A stretch of 50,790 nucleotides of DNA from Chiloscyllium plagiosum (Eukaryota). Where the stretch lies: contig NC_057718.1 in assembly GCF_004010195.1 (NCBI RefSeq), positions 93,163,569 to 93,214,358 of the forward strand, written 5' to 3'. Below are positions 1 to 11,099 of this stretch, one piece after another. Positions within the stretch are counted from its first letter, which is position 1. Every line of letters starts with the position of its first letter. The translations under genes were made by a program, and so were the position numbers. Under the pieces are notes generated by a model. The model was not told the origin of the DNA, did no database searches, and worked only from the letters and a program-made list of their open reading frames with translations.

Positions 1-504
1 TAGGGTCTTATCCATGCACTGAGCATTGAAGCACATTCATTATTTACCAAGTTGCCTGTAAGAAATGGGATTATCAGCCCCCTGTGAAGTTGCAAGATTT
101 TATTTGCAATCAGGGTCTTGATAATCAGCCACTTCCTCCCTGTGTTATCCTCTGACAGCCTCCATGAAGGAACAAAATTCTTGAGAACCCTCATCAGCAA
201 AGAGGAAGAATGGAAGATTACAGAGAAAGGGATGCCTGTGATCTCAAGGTCAAGGACCAATCCCACCTCCTGGAAACACCTACCAAACGTGCGATTGGAG
301 ATGTGGTTCTCAGATTGAGTTCATCAGCCACACAAATACCCACAGAACCCATAACCAGTGATGTGGGATTTCCTCATGGACAATCATTTTAGCGATGTTT
401 GCCGATGATGAATGTCACACTAAACTTGTATGTTGTCCACAGAAATGGTAGGCAACAGGTTAATCATGAGGGAGCTATTTATGAACTGTATCTGTGGCAT
501 GAAT

Positions 505-856
505 GGGAAGCATGGTGGCTCAGTGGTTAGCACTGCTGCCTCACAGTGCCAGAGACCTGCGTTCAATTCCACCCTTGGGTGACTATCTGTGTGGAGTTTA
601 CACATTGTCTGTGTGGGTTTCCTCCACGTACTCTAGTTTCCTCTCACAGTCCAAAGATGTACAGAGTAGTTGGATTGGCCCTGCTAAATTGCCCATAGTG
701 TCATGGGGTGTGCAGGCTAGGTGGATTAGCCATGGGAAATGCAGGGGTTACAGGGATAGGGTAGGGGAATGGGTTTGATTGTGATTCTCTTTGGAGGGGT
801 GGTGTGGATTTGATGGGCTGAATGATCTGCTTCCACACTATAGGAATTCTATGAAT
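505..856 (+). mobile_element. HE1-type tRNA-derived SINE (older copy)
   Basis: A box TGGCTCAGTGG, B box GTTCAATTCC, core gtgtggagttt..cacagtccaaagatgt, CR1-like 3' tail. Confidence 0.9.
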
Positions 857-1100
857 GAGTTTTGAGGTGCTGTGGTAGTGTCCATAGCCTCTGAGCCAAA
901 AGATTTGGATTCAAGTCCTCATGTGTCATAACATGTCTGAACAGAGAAATTAAAATAACAAAAGAAAATGTATAGTGTGCTAAACTAAATTTAATTATAC
1001 TTGAAGTAACAATTAAAATGGCTTAATACACAAAATAAATCAAAAGTCAAAATATGATAATAAGTGCCAAAGGACCTTTAAAAAAAATCATTCATGGGAT

Positions 1101-1210
1101 GTAGAACATAGAACATTACAGAGCATGACAGGCCCTTCGGCCCATGATGTTGCGCCAAACTGTGAAACCAATCTGAAGCCCATCTAACCTACACTATTCC
1201 ATTTTTGTCC
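1101..1210 (-). mobile_element. CR1 LINE extreme 3' end
   Basis: (tagaaca)n tail and acaggcccttcggccc, same as 2066 and 49141. Confidence 0.8.
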
Positions 1211-1322
1211 TGTCTTAAGTCGAAGAAAAATAACTTTGCCTCCTCCAGGATCTAGAAACCCATTCCAAGGAAGTTAAAAATCACGTAACACTGGGTTATA
1301 GTCCAACAGGTTTAATTGGAAG

Positions 1323-1357
1323 CACTAGCTTTCAGAGCGCTGCTCCTTCATCAGCTG
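1323..1357 (-). ncRNA. Minimal type I hammerhead ribozyme motif (slightly decayed)
   Basis: Minus strand cag CTGATGA A GGAG-cagcg-CTCT GAAA GCT A gtg. Confidence 0.65.
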
Positions 1358-1740
1358 GTTGTGGAGTACACAATTGTAAGACACAGAATTTATAGCAAGT
1401 TACATTGTACTTTGTTCAAAAACTGCATGAATCCTTGTAAGACTCAACTCATTTTTTAGATTAGAATCAGTCTAAACATTGTAGCACAGACAGCAGCACA
1501 CAGGGGGCTAACACCTTCAACACATTATCTGGGCTTACACCAATTGTTAAAGTTCACCTGAGAATGTAACTTTTTAAAAAAGGTTTTGTGATTTACATAT
1601 GAAACAAGTGAAACTAACATGGTCATTCTAACAGATGAGAGACTTAACAATCAAGGTGTTTTTCAATGTATAATTTCATTTCCATCACACTGTAAACTTT
1701 TGCTATAAATTCTGTGTCTTACAATTGTGTCCTCCACAAT

Positions 1741-1775
1741 CACCTGATGAAGGAGTGGCGCTCCAAAAGCTAGTG
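1741..1775 (+). ncRNA. Hammerhead motif with core mutated (GAAA to AAAA)
   Basis: CAC CTGATGA A GGAG-tggcg-CTCC aAAA GCT A GTG; stem I CAC/GTG. Confidence 0.65.
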
Positions 1776-2065
1776 CTTCCAATTAAACCTGTTGGACTAT
1801 AACCTGGTGTTGTGTGATTTTTAATTTTGTACACCGCATTCCAACACCAACATCTCCAAATCATTCCAAGGAAAACAGGGGTCCTGAACTACAATCCCAT
1901 TACAGTGGGTCTGGAGTCAATGTAGGCCTGACCATGTAAGGACAACAGTTTCCTTCCCTAAAGGACATTATTGAACAAGATTGTTCATTTCTTGACAATC
2001 AAAAACTGTTTCATGGTCATCTTTAGACTCTTAATTCCAGATTTTTATTCAATTAAAATTCTTGT

Positions 2066-2605
2066 CATAGAGAACATAGAACAATACAGCGCAGAACAGG
2101 CCCTTCGGCCCTTGATGTAGTGCCGACCTGAAAACTATTCTCAGCTCGTCCCCCTACACTATCCCAAAATCATCCATGTGCTTATCTAAGGATTGTTTAA
2201 ATCTCCCTAATGTGGCTGAGTTGACTACCTTAGCAGGTAGGGCATTCCACGCCTTTACCACTCTCTGCGTCTGACATCTGTCTTAAATCTATCATCCCTC
2301 AATTTGTAGTTGTGCCCCCTCGTACAAGCTGACATCATCATCATCCTAGGAAAAAGTCTTTCACTGTCTATCCTATCTAATCCTCTGACCATCTTGTATG
2401 TCTCTATCAAATCCCCCCTTAGCCTTCTTCTTTCCAATGAGAACAGACCCAAGTCTCTCAGCCTTTCCTCATAAGACCTTCCCTCCAAACCAGGCAACAT
2501 CCTGGTAAATCGCCTCTGCACCTTTTCCAATGTTTCCATATCATGTCTGTAATGGGGCGACCAGAACTGTACACAATATTCCAATTGTGGCCGCACCAGC
2601 CATGT
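2066..2605 (-). mobile_element. CR1 LINE 3' fragment (ORF2 C-terminus + 3'UTR)
   Basis: ORF 2255-2614 LVRPQLEYCVQFWSPHYR..LEKVQRRFTRMLPGL is the CR1 ORF2 C-terminal signature. Confidence 0.93.
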
Positions 2606-2753
2606 CATCTGCATCTGCCATGGTCTCTGCTCCCCAGAACATTACTTGGGTTTCAGCATTAATAGCCTTCAAAGAATACCACTAAGCACTACCTCCCCAG
2701 TAACACATTGTGCCTTCAGTCTGTTAGAGTCAGAAGGTTCTTTATAATGTACT

Positions 2754-3070
2754 ATTAGATTAGATTAGATTCCTTACAGTGTGGAAACAGGCCCTTCGGT
2801 CCAACAAATCCACACCGACCCTCCGAAGAGGAACACATCCAGACCCATTTCCCTCTGACACCTATTGCTATGGGCAATTTAGCCTGGCCAATTCACCTGA
2901 CCTGCACATCTTTGGACTATGGGAGGAAACCGGAGCACCCAGAGGAAACCCACGCAGACACAGGGAGAATGTGCAAACTCCACACAGGCAGTTGCCCAAG
3001 GCTGGAATCGAACCTGGGATCCTGGTGCTGTGAGGCAGCAGTGCTAACCACTGAGCCACTGTGCTGCCCC
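2754..3070 (-). mobile_element. HE1 SINE
   Basis: A/B boxes, core and (ctaat)n tail on minus strand. Confidence 0.93.
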
Positions 3071-4980
3071 TCAAAGAAACCCACTTAATGCTATCAGGAA
3101 CTTTTACTTAAGTGCATAGCTCTGTGCCTCATATTTGCGTTTCCAGCATTAGGAATAAAAATCTGTAAATTGTTCATCTGCCCACTAAGGCGAGCATGTG
3201 CATATGTCCGATCTGTTATCAAAATGTTATGAGAAATACTTCATTGCTATTTCTCCAGCAGCACTTCTTGTGCTGCTTTACACTCCTAAGCCATTTTAGT
3301 GTCATATAATCATTATCTCAATCTATATTGGAAATGAACCATATTTAACACTTCATTCAGAGTGTGTAACACTCCATGTGAATTGAATGGATTGAAGCAG
3401 TTTGAACTGATAATGTAGAAGTTATTCTTCACCCTGTTACTCCAGTGATATTGTGTTCCATTTGCTCAGTGACTTTTGGTTTAGCTTAAATGTCTCGAGC
3501 CTTTCATCCTGCTACACAGCCAGGATTACAGCACTTCACATCAATGAGACTCCTTGAGCTTATATCACTAGGTGAAACAACATCGGGCTCCATTAGACAT
3601 AATTTGGCAGCTTCATGGGAAACTGGCAGTGAAAACAGGGGCCTGTGCACACATTGTCTTTCGCTATCTCTCCTCGGGTTAGATTACTCCATTTATTCAT
3701 CCTCTGAGACAATAGACGTGTCAGGTATACCACAGTAATCCTTTTACCTCATTCTGCTGAGAGTGACACCCGGATGAAGCAGAGTTGTGTTGGAGACTAT
3801 CAGTTTCTTTGGAGAATGCTGACAAGGATCTAGAGGAGTGCAGGAATTAAACTGGAATCATTAGGATTTCATGCAGAGGATATGCTCTTCATTGCTTTGG
3901 AATCATTACATATTTGCAAGAACTCTGTATGCAGAGACATTCTTTATAAGGGTTTCAGCCCTTTGCAGGTCTGTGGTTATTTATTTATTACATACTTCTT
4001 ATGTTAGCAATTATCTGTAATAACCGAAATTAACAACGTGGCAGGCATCATTTAACTTAAGTCAGTTCCATCACAGATCTCTAAATACAGTAAACATACT
4101 GATATAAACAAAGTTCTAAATATAAATTGCATTAATGCGATTTCAGTTTAAATCTTAGTTATTGAGAAGTGAAGGTCAATCGTACAAAATGTCATAAGAA
4201 CTGTGATCTTTGAAGGTCTCGAAATGCTAATAACCCTGTTGAAAGCTGCTTTCACATGTATATTCAGTGTTGAGTTATGAAAGTATGAGTTATGTAGCTG
4301 AAACCAGAAAGTTTCAAAGATTGTCTGTTGCACTGAATTGCCTAAATCAGCAGATTACATCCATCGGATTAGAGTCCCTTGGTCAAAGATATCATAAAGA
4401 ATTAGAACTTGTGCTCCTTATTTCTGGACAGTGATTCCTGCTGGATAGTGCACACATGGGATCAAGTAAAAGCAGCCATAGGGAACAGCACTGAGGATAC
4501 TGTCTGGGTGCAAAGATAGAGACTGCTGCCCTCAGTGCCATGGAATTGTGGCAAGGGACAGAGGAATAAAAGGCACTGACTACAATGTCCTAGGGAGTTT
4601 CATTTGTGCAACTTTTGGCCAATCACTTTCAGTTATGATCATTGTTCCCGACTGGGTGTTATAGCAATTATCAAATCAACTGATCTGAAGGGTCACTGCA
4701 ATCAGGGTATCTCTTTGCCTGGAATGCATGCTGTCTCATTCTGAGAAATATACTGCACCCACCCAAGTTTGGAGATCATTAGCGAAAGTTGGGAGCTGCC
4801 AAGGACTGGGGTTAGGAGTCGAGAGTGTGGTGCTGGAAAAGTACAGCAGGTCGGGCTGCACCCAAGGAGCAGGAGAATCAACATTTCGGGCATAAGCCCT
4901 TCATCAGGAATGAGGCTTGTGAGCCAAGAAGGTGGAGAGACCCTACCCATCCACCCCCCTCCCCTTGGCCCACAAGCCTA

Positions 4981-5016
4981 ATTTCTGATGAAGGGCTTAT
5001 GCCCGAAACGTCGATT
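4981..5016 (+). ncRNA. Minimal type I hammerhead ribozyme motif, core intact
   Basis: attt CTGATGA A GGGC-ttat-GCCC GAAA CGT C gatt; weak stem I. Confidence 0.72.
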
Positions 5017-5065
5017 CTCCTGCTCCTCGGGTGCAGTCTGACCTGCTGTGCTTTTCCAGCACCAC

Positions 5066-5381
5066 TGGCTCAGTGGTTAGCACTGCTGCCTCACAGCGCC
5101 AGGGACCCAGGTTCGATTCCAGCCTTGGGTAACTGTCTGTGTGAAGTATGCACATTCTCCCCGTGTCTGCGTGAGTTTACTCTGGGTGCTCCGGTTTCCT
5201 CCCACAGTCCAAAGATGTGCAGGTCAGGTGGATTGACCATGTTAAATGACCCATAGTGTTAGGTGCTTTAGTCAGAGGGAAATGGGTCGAGGTGGGTTTC
5301 TCTTCGGAGGGTTGGTGTGGACTTGTTGGGCCGAAAGGCCTGTTTCCACACTGTAGGGAATCTAAACTAATCTAATCTAAT
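5066..5381 (+). mobile_element. HE1 SINE nested in Penelope-like arm
   Basis: TGGCTCAGTGG, GGTTCGATTCC, (ctaat)n tail; host arm resumes at 5382. Confidence 0.93.
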
Positions 5382-6299
5382 CACTCTTGACTCTGATCTC
5401 CAGCATCTGCACTCCTCACTTTCTCCTAAGGACTGGGGACAGCCAAGGTGACAGAGGGCAGTTATTAGGTGACATCAAGCCAAAGATATATGGCTTGCCA
5501 GTACATGGTGCTTTTAACACCCTGGCATTGGATTCCATTGAGACAGTCCCACCCTATCCCTTCAGTGAGAGAAGCTGGTTTGTGAATCAACCTGGTTGAA
5601 TTAGGTAATAGACTCTCACAACTTTCGTAACTTAATTTTCATCTTCATGCTGGTGCTTAAGAAGTTGAAAGCAAATAATGCTGCACATTGTTTGATACCA
5701 AATAAATCAGCAACTGAATAATTCTGTACTCATTGAGCATTTTCCAACCTACTATGTCATGATCATTAATCTTGAGCATTATGGATATTTTGATCTTATA
5801 ATTCTAACATATGGTTTTTAAAAGAGGACTGCTATAACTGAACTAATGATTGCAGGTGTAAATTCAGTGGCTGTTGGGAGAATATTATGATACTATGTTA
5901 CTTGACATGTCAGTTCTTAGACTTATATCTGACTTGATAGATCATGTTTTATTTTATTTTGGTTTTAATGTGGTGGCCTGTCACCGTGACAGAAACATGC
6001 AGTTGTTCAAATGTCATTTTAACAGTAAAATGTACATTTATTGCATGAAAGAAATTAAGACAAACTATAATAAATCAATCAATTTACTTATAATACAAAT
6101 GTAAAAAGCTTTAAATGCATGGTAAAAATATAATCGCATTAATCTCAAAACAGTCTTACAAGTTTTAAAAAAAACCTTGACCTGTACTCATCCCTGAATA
6201 CTTTTTTTGAAGACCTGAATAGGTTTAAGGTCACTGTGATTTCACCTTCTGAATTGGAACCTCTGTTAGGTTATTCCTGGAGCCAATATATCCCCGAAT

Positions 6300-6615
6300 T
6301 TAGATTAGATTATCTACAGTGTGGAAACAGGCCATTCAGCCCAACAGTCCACACTGACCTTCCGAAGAGTAACCCACACGGACCCTTTTCCCACTGACTA
6401 ATGGACCTATCATTATGGGCAATTTAGCATGGCCAATTCACCCAACCTACACATCTTCAGATTGTGGGAGGAAACTGGAGCACCCAGAGGAAACCCACAC
6501 AGATATGGGGAGAATGTGCAAACTCCACACAGATAGTCGCCTGAAGCGGGAATTGAACCTGGGTCCCTGGGGCTGTGAGGCAGCAGTGCTAACCACTGAG
6601 CCACTGTGCTGCCCC
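6300..6615 (-). mobile_element. HE1 SINE
   Basis: Same family signature on minus strand. Confidence 0.93.
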
Positions 6616-7589
6616 AACATACTTCTAGGCCGAAGGTAACTTAATTTCATTATATTCATCCCTTCTGAGGAACAGAATCAAGAACCTATCAAGAACTTCA
6701 CAGAATTGTCCATAATAAAGCAAAATTGAAGCAAAGATCTCCCTCTTGAAACTCTGGGTGTTACTTCTAAGTTTAATAAAACCCCCTTAACTTTGAGACT
6801 TCTATCAGATTTTAAAGCACAATGGTCTACCTTACCAAGTCATTAAATTACTGACAGTAAACAAAGCCTCATTAAGCTGTCAAAGTAGACCTTGCAATCT
6901 GTTTGAAATCACCATGAATACAGAAATTCTTAAAAAATAATTGACTTTAGACATGCGGGAAATCTATGTTACCAAACCAAAATTCAAAACTCAAAAGTAA
7001 AATATATTATACTAAATATAAAAAAAAGACGGATTATATCAGGGAAAGAGAGACCTTGGAATGTCACACTTGATAAAGTGTCAAGAAAACTTTGAAGGGA
7101 TGGGCTTAAAGGAGAGAAATGCAAAAACACTGAACTGTAATTTCCTCTGAGTTATTACAAACCATGAAAATGATGCCAGAAAAGTAGCTGAGGCCAGAGA
7201 TGTATTTTATATCTACCTCTTTCAGGAATACACGAGAAAAGGAATTAAAAGTTAGTTCAACCGTTATCTGTGTTTGATAGTGGAAAAAGCTATATGTTTG
7301 AGTTGAGATACTTGTGTGGGCTCATCTGAGTTTGGCCACTAGTCTGCTATGAAAGTTAGCCCCATTAGTAACTGCTATATTGAATGCAAAAGACTCTCTG
7401 ACTCTGAGTGATAGACATCAGTCAATCAGCAATTCAGTCAAAAGTTAACAGAACAAAAGCATTTCAATAACCTGCAAGGCCAAAAATCCCTTGTTTGACT
7501 GTTCAACTGAAAACATTCCACTATCTACTCTTCACAGATAACTCAAATGGACTGAGGCATTGTTTTCTTTTGTACAGTTGATCTGGTTA

Positions 7590-8770
7590 CCTGACCAATG
7601 AGGATGAGAATATTTGTGGAGCCTCCTCCTTAGCATTTAATTGTCCATCACTATGCATAGTTAGATGTAGAAGAAATACAGAGCTTATGTAAGATCCATT
7701 ATTTGTGGAGTTGCTTTGCCCTTATGCTGTTTGGCACGCAAGTAGTCCTGTGTTGTTGCTTCACCAGATTGGCACCACCTTTTTAGGTATGCCTGGTGCT
7801 GCTCCTGGCATAACCTCTTATATTCTTCATTGAACCAGTGTTGTTCCCTGGCTTGATGGTAATGGTACAATGGGGGAATATGCTGGGCCGTGAGGTTGCA
7901 GATTGTGTTCAAGTACAATTTTGCTGCTGCTGATAGCCCATGACTGTCTCATGAATGCCCAGTCTTGAGTTTCTCAGTCAGATTGTTGCCCATTTAGCAC
8001 AACGTTAATATTGCACAATGCAATGGAGCATAGCCTCAGTGTAAAGGTGGGATTTGATTTAGAATCTCCTTACTTCAGAAGACTGACTCTGAGCTGGTTG
8101 GCCACAGCCAGTAAAGACAAGAACAAACAGATGGGACTTTGTCTCCACAAGGACTGTGTGGTGACCAGTCTTAGGGATACTACCATGGGCAAATGCATCT
8201 GTTGCCATTGGATCGGTGAGGATGTGGTTAAATATATTTCTCTTCTTGTTAGTTTGTTGACCACCTGTCTCCATCCCAGTTGAGCAGCCATGTCCTTTAG
8301 GGCAGCTCGATCTGTATATGTGTTACCACGCCATTCTTGAAAGTAGACATTGAACTCCCCCACGTAGAGTACATTCTGAGCCTTTGTCACCCTCGGTGCT
8401 TCCTCCAAGTGATGTTCAACATGGAAACATTGTGTTTCATCAGCCAGGGGAAGATAGTACATGGTAACCAGCAGGAGGTTTCCTTGCCCATGTTTGACCT
8501 GATGCCTTGACACTTCATGGTGTTCGCAGTCAATGTTGAGAATCCCAGGGCAACTCCCTACCAACTGTATACCACTGTGCTACACCCTCTTGGTTGGATG
8601 CAATATACTAAAGAATGGTGATGGTGGGTTTTGTAAGGATGATTATGTTAGGCTGTTGTTTGACTACTCTGGGAGGTAGCCCCCACTAACCCCCAAAATA
8701 TTGTGAAGGAGGACTTTGTGGGATCAATCAGGTTGGGTTTGCCATTATAATTTCCAGTGCCTAGGTAGAT
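7590..8770 (-). mobile_element. Non-LTR retrotransposon fragment (CR1/L2 group), AP-endonuclease region
   Basis: ORF 8070-8564 LLLVTMYYLP..VLYVGEFNV (GDFN-like), then SLRLVTT/DHHTV-like motif and WFNEE..LCQEQHQAYLK linker. Confidence 0.75.
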
Positions 8771-8849
8771 GTCAAGTGCTCTGTGTGGTTTCTTCATGAA
8801 AGTGGTCAGACCAAAATTGGTCCTTATTATTGTACAGCAAGCTTTTGGG

Positions 8850-9910
8850 GAAAGCTCACAAAAAGTAGGTGGCAAGTCAAATGGTGAGGATGATGCAAAA
8901 ACTACACAAAGATATAGACAGATAAAGTGAGGAGGCAAAACTTGGCAGATGGAACATAATGTGGGAAAATGTGATACAGTCGGCTCCGGTACAATGCGTG
9001 TTTCTTCAATGCAAATTGGCTTTAACGCGATTGAAGAATTTAGGCCGTTACTTCTAGAATGCAAAACTTCCATACCTGTATTGGTTATAACGTGATTCTG
9101 GCCTCATTAGTTTAAATGAAGGAGCTATTGTGCAATTTTCTTATAACACAAGATTGCATGAGAACGGACTATTGCATTATATCAGAACTGACCTTACGAT
9201 GTCTTGGCAAGAAAAATAGAGGTGCTGAATAAAATTCAAATGGAGAAATATTGCAGGAATTTGCAGCACAGTGGCGTTGGGATGGCTCATGCACAAATAT
9301 AAAAATCTAGCATACACATTCAGCAGGTAATTATGAAAGCAAATGGAATGTTGGTCCTTATTCCAAAGTGGCTGGAGTATAAAAGAGCATATGTACGGAA
9401 TTCTTACTAAGACAACGCAAGAGTCGAGTCAAATCACACACCCTGATCACACAATTTGGTGTCCCTATTTAAAGAAAGCTGCACAGTCATTAGAGGCAGT
9501 CTGTAGATAGTTCATTAGTTTAATACCAGGTGTAGAGGAAAGGCTGATTAGGTTGGGCCTGTACTCATTGGAGTACAGTTAGAAAGATGAAGCATATAAT
9601 ATTCGTCAGGGGCTTTACAGGATGGATACTGCAAGATTGTTTCCTCTTGTGGGAGAATCTAGAATGAGAGGGTAAAATCTCAGCGTCACCCAGTTAGCAC
9701 AGAGATGAGGAAGAATTTCCTCTCTGAGGATCAAGAATCTGTGGAATTTTTAACCCAGGGCTTTTGAGGCCACTTTAAGATAGACACATTTCCATCAGCA
9801 AGGGTATTGAGGATTGTGGAGAAAAGGCAGGAAAATGGAGATGATGGTTATCAGATCAACTGTGATCCCATTGAATGGGGAAGCTGACATGATGGGCTGA
9901 CCTACTTCTG
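8850..9910 (+). mobile_element. Decayed CR1 LINE 3' part
   Basis: tggcagatggaacataatgtgggaaaatgtga, gcaaatggaatgttgg, tactcattggagt and 3'UTR motifs. Confidence 0.8.
8977..9194. mobile_element. Tc1/mariner (Tigger/pogo-like) MITE inserted in CR1
   Basis: TA-cagtcggctccggtacaatgc ... gcattatatcagaactgacct-TA; imperfect 21-bp TIRs flanked by TA; interrupts colinear CR1. Confidence 0.7.
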
Positions 9911-9919
9911 CAGATGCAC

Positions 9920-10590
9920 AGAGTCATACAGCACAGAAACAGACCCTTCTGGCCAACCAGTCCATATTGAATATAATCCCCAACTTATCTAGACCCACCT
10001 GCCTGCTCCTGACCCATATCCGTCCAAACCTTTCCTATTCATGTACTTATCCAAATGTCTTTAAACACTGTAATTGTGCCCACATCCATCACTTCCTCTG
10101 GAAGATCAATCCACACATGAACCACCCTTTGTGTAAAAACATTGCTTCTCATGTCTTTTTTAAATGTCTCTCCTTTCACCTTAGAAATGTGCACCCTAGT
10201 CTTAAAATCCCCCATCCTAGGGAAAATACAACTACCATTAACCTAACTGTATCACTCACGATTTTATACATTTTGATGAGGTCGCCTCTCAACCTCCCAT
10301 GCTTCAGCCTATCCAGCCTTTCTTTCTAACTCAAACCTTCCAAATCCAGCATCATCCTGGTAGATCTCATCTGAACCCTCTCCAGCTTAATTATATCCTT
10401 CCAATAGCAATATTCCAGAAGAGGCCTCACAAATGTCCTGTACAACCTCAACATGACTTCCCAACTCTTATTCTCAAAGAAGGCTATCGTGCTAAACGCT
10501 TTCTTAAACACCCTGTCTTTATGTGATGCAAACCTCATAGAATTATGTACCTGAACCTCTCAGGCTCTCTGTTCTGCAACACTACCCAAT
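9920..10590 (-). mobile_element. CR1 LINE 3' fragment
   Basis: ORF 10326-10538 VMLRLYRTFVRPLLEYC..KLERVQ. Confidence 0.9.
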
Positions 10591-11099
10591 TTTATGATCT
10601 TCTTGTTTGCTTCCTCTTGCCTGACAAACTTGCCACTGATTATATGGCAGTGAAAGATATGTGTACCAGTTAGGGCTGGAGTATACTGTCAAAACTCTGT
10701 ACCCTCAGGAAATGGCCTGTCCAAATGTCCCTGGAAGTTTGAAGGCTTAAGCAGATTGCTTTTAACCAGGAGCTACAGGCACTTAAGACAGAAGCCATTT
10801 ATGAAAGCCATCACAAAATAGTTCTCCTTGAGGTATACAAAACTCCATCCCCTTCCCATTAAGAGAGAAACAGAGAATGGCTGGATCCAGGCATAAGGCT
10901 GATGATTATGAGCTGATAAATATCCCTCCTACTCCTGAAGAAAACTTTCCCTTCTCACCAGTGACAGAGTGGAACAGAAGAGGTGGGGGAGTGATAGGAA
11001 ACCGAGCACTCATGGGAGAAAAGGAAATGCTGGGAGCCGTGCTAAGGCCAGGAATTGTGGTGCTGCGCTGAAAAATGAGGCCAAACAGCTTATGTGTTT

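Larger units (their letters stand above)
1273..1861 (+). mobile_element. Penelope-like fold-back element, family C
   Basis: Inverted arms 1273-1398 / 1700-1824, 37-nt unpaired tail, 12-bp TSD cattccaaggaa (1261-1272, 1862-1873), hammerhead motif in each arm. Confidence 0.85.
1088..2697 (-). mobile_element. Second tRNA-SINE family, copy fragmented by nested insertions (pieces ~1088-1101, ~1905-2062, ~2612-2697)
   Basis: Pieces are colinear with the intact copy at 21700-22001 (ggtctggagtca..gtaggc..ccctaaaggacatt..ctgccatgg..ccagaacattac). Confidence 0.7.
4816..5427 (+). mobile_element. Penelope-like fold-back element, family A, interrupted by an HE1 SINE
   Basis: Inverted arms ~4816-4927 / 4965-5064 + 5382-5392, tail gatctccagcatctgca..cactttctcct, TSD aaggactgggg (4801-4811, 5428-5438). 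Confidence 0.88.

Noticed and set aside
118..392. Overlapping short ORFs, faintly Harbinger transposase-like
   Set aside because: Similarity too weak to support by eye
505..575. tRNA-like sequences at HE1 heads
   Set aside because: They are SINE heads continuing into the HE1 core and tail, not standalone tRNA genes
4825..5256. Recurring ORFs such as MCCWKSAAGQA.. and AQWLALLPHSARDPGSIP..
   Set aside because: Chance translations of the palindromic elements and HE1 SINEs; recurrence reflects repeat copies
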